Origin: Lachnospiraceae bacterium
Lineage (GTDB): Bacteria; Bacillota; Clostridia; Lachnospirales; Lachnospiraceae
Length of the DNA stretch: 64,000 nt
Assembly: GCA_051877575.1 (NCBI GenBank)
Contig: JBJEJA010000052.1
Coordinates: forward strand, 7,061-71,060
Direction of reading: 5' to 3'
Shown in pieces: positions 9,516 through 20,584 of this stretch; position 1 is the stretch's first letter, and each line of letters begins with the position of its first letter. Both the position numbers and the translations under genes were made by a program. The notes beneath the pieces were generated by a model. It worked only from the letters and a program-made list of their open reading frames with translations. It was not told the origin of the DNA and searched no databases.

Positions 9516-10283
9516 TTATATTTGTGCAAGGGATTGCAATGCATGGTCCAGACAGATCGGCTCATAATGCTCCTGAAGGAAAGCGTCCCCGCCGGGTGTG
9601 TTTTTTACATAGTATCCGTATTCCGAAAAGATATTGCATAATTTATTAAAATCTTCGACAGATATATGTTCGTTGCTGATCACCAGCCGATAATCGTTGG
9701 AAGAAACATCTTTATAAAGAGAACTGTTCCCCAAAGAAATATCGGAAACGGCATGTGCAAGCCGGATAACATGGTTCAGACTGGAAAAGCGGTACACCCG
9801 TGAAGAAGTCTTATCCGATACGGAAACGGCCGGATGATCGGAAACGGATTTTTCCGAAACGGTATCGGAAAGCCGTTCTGTTTTGGAAATGTCGCTCAAC
9901 AGTCCGCTTTCGGCATTCTGTACCTTTTGAAACAGGTTCATGACTTCATCCGTGATATCTTCCATATCGGAATCGTTCATCGCATCTTCGTGTACGGAAG
10001 GGGCAAATTTGGAAAAGCGGGTATCAAGCTCCTCGGGATCCTCCACTTTGGTAATTGTTAAGACAATGCATTCCGCACTGATGGGGACGGCTTCAATCAT
10101 CAGCGGGATATCATCCGCTTCAAAGCCGCATTCATAGGAAGCCTGTTCCATCATATCTTTAAAAAGCATTTTGGCCTTTTCGCTGCCATATGCCAGTTCG
10201 CTGATTTTGAGTTCTCTGTCTGCCAGATCATTTTTAGTTAAAGTACAACGTATCTGATTTTCGTTGATTTTTTCTATTTTCAT
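9516..10283 (-). CDS. mecA: ClpC adaptor protein MecA
   Basis: MKIEKINENQIRCTLTKNDL...PLMIEA...C-terminal LxEH motif. Confidence 0.88.
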   Translation of the reverse strand: MKIEKINENQIRCTLTKNDLADRELKISELAYGSEKAKMLFKDMMEQASYECGFEADDIPLMIEAVPISAECIVLTITKVEDPEELDTRFSKFAPSVHEDAMNDSDMEDITDEVMNLFQKVQNAESGLLSDISKTERLSDTVSEKSVSDHPAVSVSDKTSSRVYRFSSLNHVIRLAHAVSDISLGNSSLYKDVSSNDYRLVISNEHISVEDFNKLCNIFSEYGYYVKNTPGGDAFLQEHYEPICLDHALQSLAQI

Positions 10284-10403
10284 GTTCTCACATCCTTACC
10301 GGCAACTGAAAAAATTGTAAAAGTATCTTATACTTATTAGTTTATTAAGTCAATAGAAGCAAGTGCCAGTTTCAAAAATTTTAATAATTTTATCACAAAT
10401 ATC

Positions 10404-10432
10404 TTGTCAAATTTTTAGAAATCACATATAAT
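10404..10432 (+). promoter_or_regulatory. Near-consensus sigma-A promoter
   Basis: TTGTCA-17 nt-TATAAT. Confidence 0.75.
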
Positions 10433-10438
10433 AGCTCC

Positions 10439-10668
10439 ACAAGATGCTTCCGGGACAATCCGTAAAGGGAAGGAGGCATACGGATCTTAATTTATCTTAT
10501 GATAGGAAAGTGAATTCTTTAAAGCAAATCAAATTCACGTTCAAATACCCACTGGGTAGTCTAAGGCTTCGTGCCTGATCGATGATTGAAATCCAATTAA
10601 AATTCAAAGCGTTACAGTTATAATTCAAAAAGTGAAAAGTTTTTTACACGTCCCGATGCATTTCTTGT
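10439..10668 (+). ncRNA. Candidate structured ncRNA or long leader (~230 nt), family unassigned
   Basis: Begins at the expected TSS. The 5' end (acaaga-tgc...cgggac) pairs with the 3' end (gtcccg...gca..tcttgt). It has internal hairpins and no convincing ORF. Confidence 0.5.
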
Positions 10669-10819
10669 ATTACTCATTTATATTATCGTCATATTCAGGA
10701 AAAGTATGATAACAAAATTTTTGGTAAAAATATATCACACTCCTTTTGGAATTGCCGAATGCGGAGTTCGTTATACTTTTTCGGGCGATAAATGTTAAGG
10801 TTCCGACAGGAGGTGCTCA

Positions 10820-11038
10820 GTGAACAGGACAAATAAAAAGAAGGTACAGAAGAAGATCAGGTCTGATCTGTGCCGATCGCTGAAACAAGGGACATTGTTG
10901 TATATGGACGGCAAGCTTGCCGCTCCGTCGCATATCAGTGATAAGATGGTGCGTGAAGGCGGAGGCTACATGGCCGATTATGTCACGGATGAGACCGGAT
11001 ATGTTCGGGAAATCCATTACGACAAAATCACAATTTGA
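10820..11038 (+). CDS. Small hypothetical protein
   Basis: AGGAGG RBS before GTG; 72 aa with a YMADYVxDExG-type C-terminus. Confidence 0.7.
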   Translation: MNRTNKKKVQKKIRSDLCRSLKQGTLLYMDGKLAAPSHISDKMVREGGGYMADYVTDETGYVREIHYDKITI

Positions 11039-11197
11039 ATCTGTCAAAAAAGCCGGCACGATGCTTAACGGGTTATATTGCAGTCAGGTCCTTCTATGCT
11101 GATCAGTGTATTGCCTCGGGCAATGGGTTAGGGGAGTTTAAGCATTGTGCATACAGCGATTTTTTGATATAATCATTACAAATTGGAGGATATGCAA

Positions 11198-12874
11198 ATG
11201 AAGAAAAAATTAATCCCTGTAGCGGTAGCTGTCGGACTGATTGTAGTTGTTGTATTGATCGGGCTTTTAACGAATGTTTTGGAAAAGTATTCCTATTCCC
11301 GGGAAAAAGCGGATTTGTATGCGTATTTTGGCATAACAGGCGGGGAGGAGACCGCCGTTATTTTAAATGATGAAATTGTAGAAACAGATGCCCTTTATCG
11401 GGAAGGGCAGTGTTATCTTCCGATAAATTTTGTGAATGAAAATATCAACAACCACTTCTATTATGATATGACGGAAGGGTTGGTTTTATTTACGACAGAT
11501 TATGATAAGGTGGTAACTGCGGTAGGAAGTACGGACTATACGATGGGAGATACTTTTTCTTCCGAGGCGTATGTTCTGACGGTTGCGGCCAATGATACGG
11601 TTTATCTCTCAGCGGATTTTCTCAGAAAATTCTGCAATTTTTCTTATGAGTATTTTCCGGATCCGAGCCGTGTGAAGCTGACAACTGTCTGGGAAACGGA
11701 AACATACGCACAGATTAAAAAGGATACGCAGGTCAGAATTTTGGGCGGGGTCAAGAGCGAGATCCTGACGGAAATAGAAAAGGGCTCAAGTGTGGAAATC
11801 CTGGAAGAGATGGAAACATGGAGCAAGGTAAAAACCAATGACGGATTCATCGGTTATGTGGAGAACAAGCGACTGGAAAACGAGACGGAAGTTACGCCCC
11901 AGCCGGTAAATGATGTGCCTGTGCCCGAGTATGTTTCCATAAAAAGGGATGGCAAGATCTGTCTGGTATGGAATATGGTGACAAATTCCGAGGCCAATGC
12001 TCTTGCAGAGAATTTGTTGACAAACACGCAGGGTGTAAACGTAATCTCACCCACGTGGTTTGCATTAAGTGATAATGAGGGAAATTTTACTTCTCTGGCG
12101 GATGCCTCTTATGTGGAGAGTATGCATGCAAAGGGGATTGAAGTGTGGGCGCTGATCGATAACTTTACAAACAATGTAAATACGGCGGAAGTGCTGAATG
12201 CAACATCCCACAGAGAGAATCTGATCAATCAGCTGATCAATACGGTACAGGCATACGGAATAGACGGTATCAATGTGGATTTTGAGTATGTGACGCAGGA
12301 GGCATCCGACGGATATATCCAGTTTTTGAGAGAACTTTCCATTGAATGCCGTAAAAACGGGATTGTATTATCGGCGGATAACAGTCATCTGGTTAATTAT
12401 GACCGGGCAAAACAGGGAGAGGTTGTGGATTATGTGATCATCATGGGTTATGATGAACATGTTGCGGCTTCCGACGGACCGGGCTCCGTGGCTTCCATCG
12501 AATTTGTGCAGAAGGGTATCGAAAAAACACTTGCACTGGTGCCTGAAGAGAAAGTGATAAACGGTATCCCGTTCTATACCAGACTTTGGACCACCACGGG
12601 AGAAATCGGTAATACTGCTTACGGCATGCAGGAAATAGAAAATTATCTGGCGCAAAGGGGAATACAACCGGTTTGGGACGAGACCGTCTGCCAGTATGTT
12701 GCCGAATTTACCATGGATGATGTGGGATATGCCGTATGGCTGGAAGAAAAAGAATCTTTGGCCGTAAAGCTGAATGTAATGAATAATTATAATCTGGCCG
12801 GTGTCGCATGTTGGAGACTTGGTCAGGAAAAGGCGGATGTCTGGGAAGCAATTGCCGGATATGTCCGGCAATAA
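11198..12874 (+). CDS. Membrane-anchored GH18 glycoside hydrolase with SH3b domain (spore peptidoglycan hydrolase-like)
   Basis: N-terminal TM; SH3b (W-x-KVKT-x-DG-x-IGYV); GH18 DGINVDFE and IMGYDEH motifs. Confidence 0.85.
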   Translation: MKKKLIPVAVAVGLIVVVVLIGLLTNVLEKYSYSREKADLYAYFGITGGEETAVILNDEIVETDALYREGQCYLPINFVNENINNHFYYDMTEGLVLFTTDYDKVVTAVGSTDYTMGDTFSSEAYVLTVAANDTVYLSADFLRKFCNFSYEYFPDPSRVKLTTVWETETYAQIKKDTQVRILGGVKSEILTEIEKGSSVEILEEMETWSKVKTNDGFIGYVENKRLENETEVTPQPVNDVPVPEYVSIKRDGKICLVWNMVTNSEANALAENLLTNTQGVNVISPTWFALSDNEGNFTSLADASYVESMHAKGIEVWALIDNFTNNVNTAEVLNATSHRENLINQLINTVQAYGIDGINVDFEYVTQEASDGYIQFLRELSIECRKNGIVLSADNSHLVNYDRAKQGEVVDYVIIMGYDEHVAASDGPGSVASIEFVQKGIEKTLALVPEEKVINGIPFYTRLWTTTGEIGNTAYGMQEIENYLAQRGIQPVWDETVCQYVAEFTMDDVGYAVWLEEKESLAVKLNVMNNYNLAGVACWRLGQEKADVWEAIAGYVRQ

Positions 12875-12939
12875 TTTGTACGATCGGGAAGGTTTTTGTC
12901 GTCTCCGCATACTTGAGCGGAAGATTGGCAAAAACCTTT

Positions 12940-12970
12940 TCATACTTTGAGATGCACCCACATATAATAT
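12940..12970 (+). promoter_or_regulatory. Possible sigma-E-type sporulation promoter
   Basis: TCATACT-14 nt-CATATATA upstream of the CwlD-like amidase; resembles the B. subtilis sigE consensus. Confidence 0.4.
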
Positions 12971-12982
12971 GATAAGGTTTTT

Positions 12983-13684
12983 GTGGCGGTGCAGGATATG
13001 GGAAAGAAAGCAGTCGCTCTTATGATGTCGGTTTTTTTATTGGCAGCCATGTACTTTCTGGCAAAAGAGGCGGCAATGTATACCATGTCACAGCAGGCAG
13101 AAAAAAAGAATGTTGTTGTCATTGATGTGGGGCACGGAGGAAATGATCCCGGCAAAGTCGGAGTAAATCAGATTCTGGAGAAAGATGTTAATCTCCAGGT
13201 GGCTTTGAAATTGGAGAAATTTTTACAACAGTCCGATCTGGTCGTGATTCTGACGAGAAGAGAAGATGTGGGATTGTATGACGAAGACGCTGCCAACAAA
13301 AAAGTGCAGGATATGAGAAGGCGGATAGAAATGATAGAAGAAGCGGATGCCGATCTGGTTGTCAGTATTCATCAAAACAGCTACCGGGATGCTTCTGTGC
13401 GGGGACCGCAATGCTTTTTTTATCGGGATTCGGAAGAGGGGCAGCGGATTGCGCTGATTTTGCAGGAGCAGCTGAATAATGGGTTGGAAGTGGAACGCCC
13501 CAGAGAAGCAAAAGCCAATGACAGTTATTATATGTTGAAAAAGTCGACAGTGCCTACCGTGATAGCCGAGTGCGGTTTTTTGTCTAACCAGGAAGAAGCG
13601 TTGCTTCTGAACGATGAGACTTATCAGGAAAAATTGGCATGGAATCTTTATTTGGGGATTTTAAAGTATTTTAATACGGATTAA
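12983..13684 (+). CDS. N-acetylmuramoyl-L-alanine amidase (Amidase_3, CwlD-like)
   Basis: VIDVGHGGNDPG, EKDVNL, SIHQNS, ECGFLSN; N-terminal anchor. Confidence 0.88.
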   Translation: MAVQDMGKKAVALMMSVFLLAAMYFLAKEAAMYTMSQQAEKKNVVVIDVGHGGNDPGKVGVNQILEKDVNLQVALKLEKFLQQSDLVVILTRREDVGLYDEDAANKKVQDMRRRIEMIEEADADLVVSIHQNSYRDASVRGPQCFFYRDSEEGQRIALILQEQLNNGLEVERPREAKANDSYYMLKKSTVPTVIAECGFLSNQEEALLLNDETYQEKLAWNLYLGILKYFNTD

Positions 13685-13719
13685 ATTATGGTATACTATG
13701 CTGATTGGAGATGATTGGC

Positions 13720-14769
13720 ATGGATACAAAGTGGCAGAAGATTTCCGGAGAATGTATGGATGAAGATGTTTTGAAGGAAGCGGGCAGGATCGTGAGAAAC
13801 GGCGGTCTTGTGGCGTTCCCAACGGAAACGGTGTATGGTTTGGGCGGAGATGCGCTGAATCCGGATTCTTCCAGAAAGATATATGCGGCAAAAGGGAGAC
13901 CTTCGGATAATCCTTTGATCGTGCATATTGCAGACATGGAAGACCTGCCCCGGCTTGTATCTTATATTCCGGATGCGGCCAGGGTACTGGCAGAACATTT
14001 CTGGCCCGGTCCTTTAACAATGATCTTTCAAAAAAGTAATATTGTTCCTTATGAAACGACGGGCGGTCTGGATACGGTTGCGGTAAGATTTCCGTCAAAC
14101 CCGACGGCACAGAAATTTATAAAAGAGGCGGGCGGCTATGTGGCGGCGCCCAGTGCAAATACATCGGGAAGACCGTCTCCCACAAAGGGAAAACATGTAT
14201 ATGAGGACCTGAACGGAAAGATAGATATGCTGCTTGACGGCGGTGATTGTGACATCGGTCTTGAATCTACGATTGTAGATCTGACGGAGGACATTCCGGT
14301 TATTCTGCGTCCCGGCTATATCACGGAAGAGATGCTTTCGGAAGTGTTGGAAAGGGTCGATACAGACCGGACGATATTGAGCGCGGCTTCGGGGATTGCA
14401 CCAAAGGCACCGGGAATGAAATATCGCCATTATGCGCCTCATGGAGATCTGGTAATTGTGAAAGGGGAAACGGACAGTGTTATTTCCTATGTGAATAAGC
14501 AGATTGAGAAGGATTTGCAGGAGCACAGGAAGGTGGGCGTTATTGCAACGGATGAAACGATAGATGCCTATGGGAAATGTGTGAAGAAAAGTGTCGGGAA
14601 GCGTTCCGATGAGGCGTCCATTGCAAGGCGGCTTTATGAAATCCTGCGGGAATTTGACCGGGAGGCGGTTGAGGACATTTATGCGGAGGCCTTTGAAAGT
14701 ACCGGTATGGGACAAGCCATTATGAACAGAATGCTAAAAGCTGCCGGACATAAAGTAATAGAAGTATAA
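13720..14769 (+). CDS. sua5: L-threonylcarbamoyladenylate synthase (Sua5 type)
   Basis: FPTETVYGLG, KGRPSDNPLIVH, APSANTSG, PGMKYRHYAP; start chosen by RBS. Confidence 0.95.
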   Translation: MDTKWQKISGECMDEDVLKEAGRIVRNGGLVAFPTETVYGLGGDALNPDSSRKIYAAKGRPSDNPLIVHIADMEDLPRLVSYIPDAARVLAEHFWPGPLTMIFQKSNIVPYETTGGLDTVAVRFPSNPTAQKFIKEAGGYVAAPSANTSGRPSPTKGKHVYEDLNGKIDMLLDGGDCDIGLESTIVDLTEDIPVILRPGYITEEMLSEVLERVDTDRTILSAASGIAPKAPGMKYRHYAPHGDLVIVKGETDSVISYVNKQIEKDLQEHRKVGVIATDETIDAYGKCVKKSVGKRSDEASIARRLYEILREFDREAVEDIYAEAFESTGMGQAIMNRMLKAAGHKVIEV

Positions 14770-14804
14770 TCGGAAAAGAAACAGATTGATAAGGAGGAAA
14801 TGAT

Positions 14805-15233
14805 ATGGTAGCAATCGGAAGCGATCATGGCGGATTTGATTTAAAAGAGCTGATTATTAAACATCTGGAGGAGCAGGGCGTAGATGTAAACGATATGGGA
14901 TGTTATGATAAAAACTCCTGCGATTATCCCGTTTACGGAAAAGCCGTGGCGCAGGCTGTTGCGGACGGAAGCTGTGATAAGGGAATTGTTATCTGTACAA
15001 CCGGGATCGGTATTTCCATTACGGCAAATAAGGTAAAAGGAATTCGTGCGGCGCTATGCGCGGATACTCTTTCGGCAAAGCTGACAAGACTTCATAATGA
15101 TGCCAATGTACTGGCTATGGGAGCGGGAATTGTGGGACCCAATCTGGCTATGGAAATTGTAGACACTTTTTTAAATACGGAATTTTCCGGCGAAGAACGG
15201 CATCAGAGAAGAATTGATGCCATCGAGGCATAG
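14805..15233 (+). CDS. rpiB: Ribose-5-phosphate isomerase B
   Basis: GSDHGG, CTTGIG, HNDANVL, RHQRR. Confidence 0.95.
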   Translation: MVAIGSDHGGFDLKELIIKHLEEQGVDVNDMGCYDKNSCDYPVYGKAVAQAVADGSCDKGIVICTTGIGISITANKVKGIRAALCADTLSAKLTRLHNDANVLAMGAGIVGPNLAMEIVDTFLNTEFSGEERHQRRIDAIEA

Positions 15234-15264
15234 AAAAAATAAAAAATGTACGGGAGGAAAAAAG

Positions 15265-15894
15265 ATGGGTAAGGTAGTAATTATGGATCATCCCCTGATC
15301 CAGCACAAAATCGGTTATATCAGAAGGATTGATACGGGAACAAAAGATTTTCGCCAGACGATCAGCGAGATTGCCATGTTGATCTGTTATGAGGCGACGC
15401 GGGAACTGCCGCTTGCGGATGTGGAAATTGAGACACCTATCTGTAAAACAACGGTAAAAGAATTAAAAGGAAAGAAAATGGCTGTTGTGCCGATCCTGAG
15501 GGCAGGGCTTGGCATGGTTGACGGAATGCTGAATTTGATTCCGGCTGCAAAGGTAGGACATATCGGACTCTATCGGGATCCGGTAACGGTAAAACCGGTA
15601 GAATATTATTGCAAGCTTCCCGCCGACTGCTCCGAAAGAGAGGTATTTGTTGTTGATCCCATGCTGGCAACGGGAGGCTCTTCTGTGGCAGCCATTCAGA
15701 TGTTAAAGGACAAAGGGTGTAAAAACATTCATTTTATGTGCATTATTGCCGCGCCCGAAGGGGTAAAAGCGATGCAGGAAGCGCATCCGGATGTAGATAT
15801 TTATATCGGGGCATTGGATGAGAAATTGAATGAACATAGTTATATTGTTCCCGGTCTCGGAGATGCGGGAGATAGAATCTTCGGAACAAAATAG
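15265..15894 (+). CDS. upp: Uracil phosphoribosyltransferase
   Basis: [36 protein letters not shown]. Confidence 0.97.
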   Translation: MGKVVIMDHPLIQHKIGYIRRIDTGTKDFRQTISEIAMLICYEATRELPLADVEIETPICKTTVKELKGKKMAVVPILRAGLGMVDGMLNLIPAAKVGHIGLYRDPVTVKPVEYYCKLPADCSEREVFVVDPMLATGGSSVAAIQMLKDKGCKNIHFMCIIAAPEGVKAMQEAHPDVDIYIGALDEKLNEHSYIVPGLGDAGDRIFGTK

Positions 15895-15910
15895 GAGACA
15901 ATGGAGTATT

Positions 15911-16396
15911 ATGGCAGGACAAAGAAAAGACTATATATCCTGGGATGAGTATTTTATGGGGGTATCCATGTTGTCGGGGATGCGTTCCAAAGACCCCAAT
16001 ACTCAGGTGGGAGCCTGTATTGTCGGGAGTGATCACAGGATTTTATCAATGGGATACAACGGTTTTCCCAACGGATGCCCGGATGATCTGTTTCCGTGGG
16101 CAAGAGAAGGTGACGAACTGAATACCAAATATCCTTTTGTGACACACAGCGAGCTGAATGCAATTTTGAATTACAGAGGCGGCAGCCTGGAAGGAACCAC
16201 TTTATACGTGTCATTGTTTCCCTGTAATGAGTGTGCAAAAGCAATTATTCAGGCCGGGATCAAGACGGTCGTTTATGCTTTGGACAAGTATAAGGACCAG
16301 CCATCGGTCATTGCGTCCAAAAAGATGTTTGATGCTGCAGGTGTTGTTTATTACCAGTATGAGCATACGGGTAAAACAATAGAGTTGAATCTGTAG
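15911..16396 (+). CDS. dCMP deaminase family protein
   Basis: WDEYFM, RSKDPNTQVGA, HSELNA, PCNEC. Confidence 0.93.
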   Translation: MAGQRKDYISWDEYFMGVSMLSGMRSKDPNTQVGACIVGSDHRILSMGYNGFPNGCPDDLFPWAREGDELNTKYPFVTHSELNAILNYRGGSLEGTTLYVSLFPCNECAKAIIQAGIKTVVYALDKYKDQPSVIASKKMFDAAGVVYYQYEHTGKTIELNL

Positions 16397-16408
16397 GAAA
16401 ACTGAGGT

Positions 16409-17575
16409 GTGAAAATGAAAGAGTCGATGCGGACCGTTTCGGCATCCGTAATAGCATCCGCAATAGCAATCGTATTGTTTTTGGGCTCAACAATGGATAT
16501 TCTGGCATCTACATACGGACAGCTGCAGGAAGCGCAGAATGACAAACAGGAAGCGGAGAACGGAATCGATCATACGCAGGAAGATTTAAAAGATTTGAAT
16601 ACGGAAAGAGCGGATCTTCAGACATATTTGGATCAGCTAAACGGAGAACTGGCACAAGCCAGCGGGGAGTTGGCCGATATAGAAGGGCTGATCAGTGAAA
16701 AAGAGCAGAAGATTCTGGAGACACAGAGCGAGCTGGAGAAAGCAAAACAGGCAGAAGCAGAGCAATATGCGGCGATGAAGGAACGGATCCAGTTTATGTA
16801 TGAGCGGGGAGAAGTCGCTTATATGGAGCTTTTCTTTTCGGCGGAAAGTTTTGCGGATTTTCTGAATAAGTCGGAATATGTGGAAAGCGTGTCGGAATAT
16901 GACAGAAGAATGCTGGAAAACTACATTGAGCTGCAGGAGAAAATCCGAAAGGACGAACAGGCACTGGTGGATGAAAGGGCAGCGCTGGATGTACTGAAAG
17001 CCGATGCCCAGGCGAAGCAGGACGAGGTATCGGGGTTGGTGCAGGAAACAAGTGCCAATATGGCAGATTATGAGGAGCAGATATCGGCAAAAGAGCAGGA
17101 ACTGCTGGAATATGAGAAACAATTGGAAGAAAGTGAAAATGATATTGCGACTTTACAGGCAAAGCTGGAAGAGGAAAACAGACTGACACAGCAGGCGGCG
17201 CTGGCAGGTTTTTCCGATCTATCCAGTATCAGCTTTGCGGCGGGAGATATTGATCTGCTGGCAGCCATTATTGAATGCGAGGCGGGAGGAGAATCTTATA
17301 CCGGTAAAGTTGCGGTCGGAAATGTCGTTATGAACCGTGTGAAGAGCTCTGTATTCCCCAATACGGTATTGGAGGTTATTTATCAGAACAGACAGTTTTC
17401 ACCGGTGGGAAGCGGACGTTTTGCCATAGTGCTGGCAAGGGGAGCCAATGAAACCTGCTATCAGGCGGCAAGAGATGCCATGGCCGGGGCGGCTCCGGTA
17501 GGGAATTGTCTCTTTTTCAGGACGCCGATACCGGGATTGACCGGCATCCAGATCGGAGGACATATTTTCTATTAA
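16409..17575 (+). CDS. Secreted coiled-coil protein with C-terminal SleB-family (Hydrolase_2) domain
   Basis: Signal peptide; long PcsB/CwlO-like coiled coil; IECEAGGE...VGNVVMNRV...FPNT...QF...IGGHIFY. Confidence 0.85.
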   Translation: MKMKESMRTVSASVIASAIAIVLFLGSTMDILASTYGQLQEAQNDKQEAENGIDHTQEDLKDLNTERADLQTYLDQLNGELAQASGELADIEGLISEKEQKILETQSELEKAKQAEAEQYAAMKERIQFMYERGEVAYMELFFSAESFADFLNKSEYVESVSEYDRRMLENYIELQEKIRKDEQALVDERAALDVLKADAQAKQDEVSGLVQETSANMADYEEQISAKEQELLEYEKQLEESENDIATLQAKLEEENRLTQQAALAGFSDLSSISFAAGDIDLLAAIIECEAGGESYTGKVAVGNVVMNRVKSSVFPNTVLEVIYQNRQFSPVGSGRFAIVLARGANETCYQAARDAMAGAAPVGNCLFFRTPIPGLTGIQIGGHIFY

Positions 17576-17584
17576 AACTTTCTG

Positions 17585-18097
17585 TTAAAACGCAGATTCG
17601 TATTGCTCCAGATATTGCTGGTATTTGGAAAACTCACCGGAGTATATCAGGTTTAAAAGAACACTCAGACGGTTTAGGGCTGCCTTTAAAAGCTCTATGC
17701 TGAGAGAACCGTTTTCGAAAGCGATGGTAAGTTCGTCCAGGTCTACGACTTTGACAAAACCATCCGGATAGATGATGACATCGGCCAGGAGATCGGTGGA
17801 TATAAAATCTTTTGCTGTTGTACCGGCGGAGGAGCCGGACATCGGATAATCGACATCGATAATATCGCAGTACCAATACAGGAGTTCACCGTTTTCGCGG
17901 TAAAACTTACTGATTTTAAAGCCTTTATCCCAAAAATAACAGGAATAGCCGTGGTGAAGTTCCTTTTTGGGTTTCAGGGCATGCCATTTGGTAACCAGGA
18001 TACAGTCTTCGGTTGAAAAATGGAGGATTTCATCATCCTTCAGGCAGATGCACTCTTCCGGTATCAGACGTTTTCGAAACAAAACGGGATTTGTCAT
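17585..18097 (-). CDS. DUF402-type protein
   Basis: YWYCDII...TDLLADV...VVDLDEL pattern. Confidence 0.7.
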   Translation of the reverse strand: MTNPVLFRKRLIPEECICLKDDEILHFSTEDCILVTKWHALKPKKELHHGYSCYFWDKGFKISKFYRENGELLYWYCDIIDVDYPMSGSSAGTTAKDFISTDLLADVIIYPDGFVKVVDLDELTIAFENGSLSIELLKAALNRLSVLLNLIYSGEFSKYQQYLEQYESAF

Positions 18098-18330
18098 GGC
18101 AAATTCCTTTCTTTTTTTAACGGTAATTATTTTTATAAATACTACACTTTCGTAAAGTAAAAGTCAACGAAAATGCCAAGTGTTTTTTTGTGTAAAATTT
18201 ATGGTAATTTTATAAGTATTAAGTGGACACAAACCGGAAAAATTAGTATAATAAATATTGCATTTGCGGATAAAATAGAAGAGTTTTCATATTGGGAAGG
18301 AACAAAGAAAGAAAAGGGGCGTTATATATT

Positions 18331-18579
18331 ATGAAATACAACAGGAATGTATATCGTTCTCTTGTGATGATAACCCAGTTTGGATTGAACATGCTGGTTC
18401 CCATAATGATTTGTACATTTGTGGGAAACTTCATGGACAAAAAACTGGGTACTTCTTTTTTTGTCATCATTTTCTTTTTTGTGGGAGCTTTAGCCGGCTT
18501 TCGGAATGTGTTTATTTTTGCCAAAAAGATTTATGAAGATAAGGAGAGTCCGGATGAGAAAACTAAGAGACATAAATGA
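18331..18579 (+). CDS. AtpZ/AtpI-family small membrane protein
   Basis: Two TM segments with a G-x-x-x-D-K-K-L-G-T loop; first gene of the atp operon. Confidence 0.8.
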   Translation: MKYNRNVYRSLVMITQFGLNMLVPIMICTFVGNFMDKKLGTSFFVIIFFFVGALAGFRNVFIFAKKIYEDKESPDEKTKRHK

Positions 18580-18940
18580 TTCTTTACCGGCTCTGTTTTT
18601 GGGAATACTGGCATTCGGTTTTCTTGCGGAAATCATTCCCATCTGGTTTGTAGACGATAAAACCGGATATACGGTAGGACTTCTGGCCGGTATTGCGACG
18701 GCGTTGTTTGCCGCGTGGCATATGGCATGGACATTGGACAAGGCCTTCGGACTTGATGAGGGAACGGCTACAAAGCAGATGCAGAAAAACAGCGCACTGC
18801 GGTATGGAGTGCAGCTGATCGTTCTCGGGGTATTGATGATTACGGGAATTGGAAATCCCTTATCGGCAATTCTGGGGATGATAGGATTGAAAGTATCGGC
18901 GTATCTGGCGCCGTTTACTGATAAATTATTTAGGAGGTGA
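18554..18940 (+). CDS. ATP synthase protein I-like membrane protein
   Basis: Four hydrophobic segments immediately upstream of atpB; RBS AAGGAG before ATG 18554. Confidence 0.75.
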   Translation: MRKLRDINDSLPALFLGILAFGFLAEIIPIWFVDDKTGYTVGLLAGIATALFAAWHMAWTLDKAFGLDEGTATKQMQKNSALRYGVQLIVLGVLMITGIGNPLSAILGMIGLKVSAYLAPFTDKLFRR

Positions 18941-18944
18941 ATGT

Positions 18945-19966
<1,022 letters not shown>

Positions 19967-20005
19967 AAAGCCTTCCCCAAATAATGAAGAAAGGAGGCTT
20001 AAGAC

Positions 20006-20584
20006 TTGAATACGTTAGTGAACACAGGACTCATCCTGCTCAGCAGTGAAAGCGTTGCGGATGCAGGGATGACGAGACTGTTTGACCTGGATTTCCAGTT
20101 GCTTCATGATGCGGTGTTGATGATTATTGCAATCTTTTTCCTGTTTCTGATTGCTTCCAACAAACTGTTTAATCCTGTCAGAAAGATGATGCAGGACAGA
20201 CAAAACAGAATCGCGGATGATATCGAAAGTGCAAAAGAAGATAAGGAAAATGCCAATGCGCTGAGACTGGAATACGAAGAAAAGTTGAAAAATATTGATA
20301 AAGAGGCTGAACAGATTTTAAGTGAAGCGAGAGCAAAAGCACTTAAAAATGAAGATCAGATTGTGGCAAGGGCAAAAGAAGAGGCTGCGGCTATCATCGC
20401 CCGCGCAAACAAAGAAGCTGAACTTGAAAAGCAGAAAGTTGCCGATGATGTGAAGAAAGAAATGATCACGCTGGCAAGTATCATGGCAGGCAAGGTTGTA
20501 AAGGCTTCTATTGATACTACGGTTCAGGACAGCTTGATCGATGAAACATTAAAGGAAATGGGTGAGAGCACATGGCTAAGCTGA
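20006..20584 (+). CDS. atpF: F1Fo ATP synthase subunit b
   Basis: Single TM plus coiled coil; operon order. Confidence 0.93.
   Translation: MNTLVNTGLILLSSESVADAGMTRLFDLDFQLLHDAVLMIIAIFFLFLIASNKLFNPVRKMMQDRQNRIADDIESAKEDKENANALRLEYEEKLKNIDKEAEQILSEARAKALKNEDQIVARAKEEAAAIIARANKEAELEKQKVADDVKKEMITLASIMAGKVVKASIDTTVQDSLIDETLKEMGESTWLS

Noticed and set aside
10510-10578. 22-codon GTG ORF inside the candidate RNA
   Set aside because: RBS spacing is poor and the peptide is unremarkable; RNA structure explains the region better.
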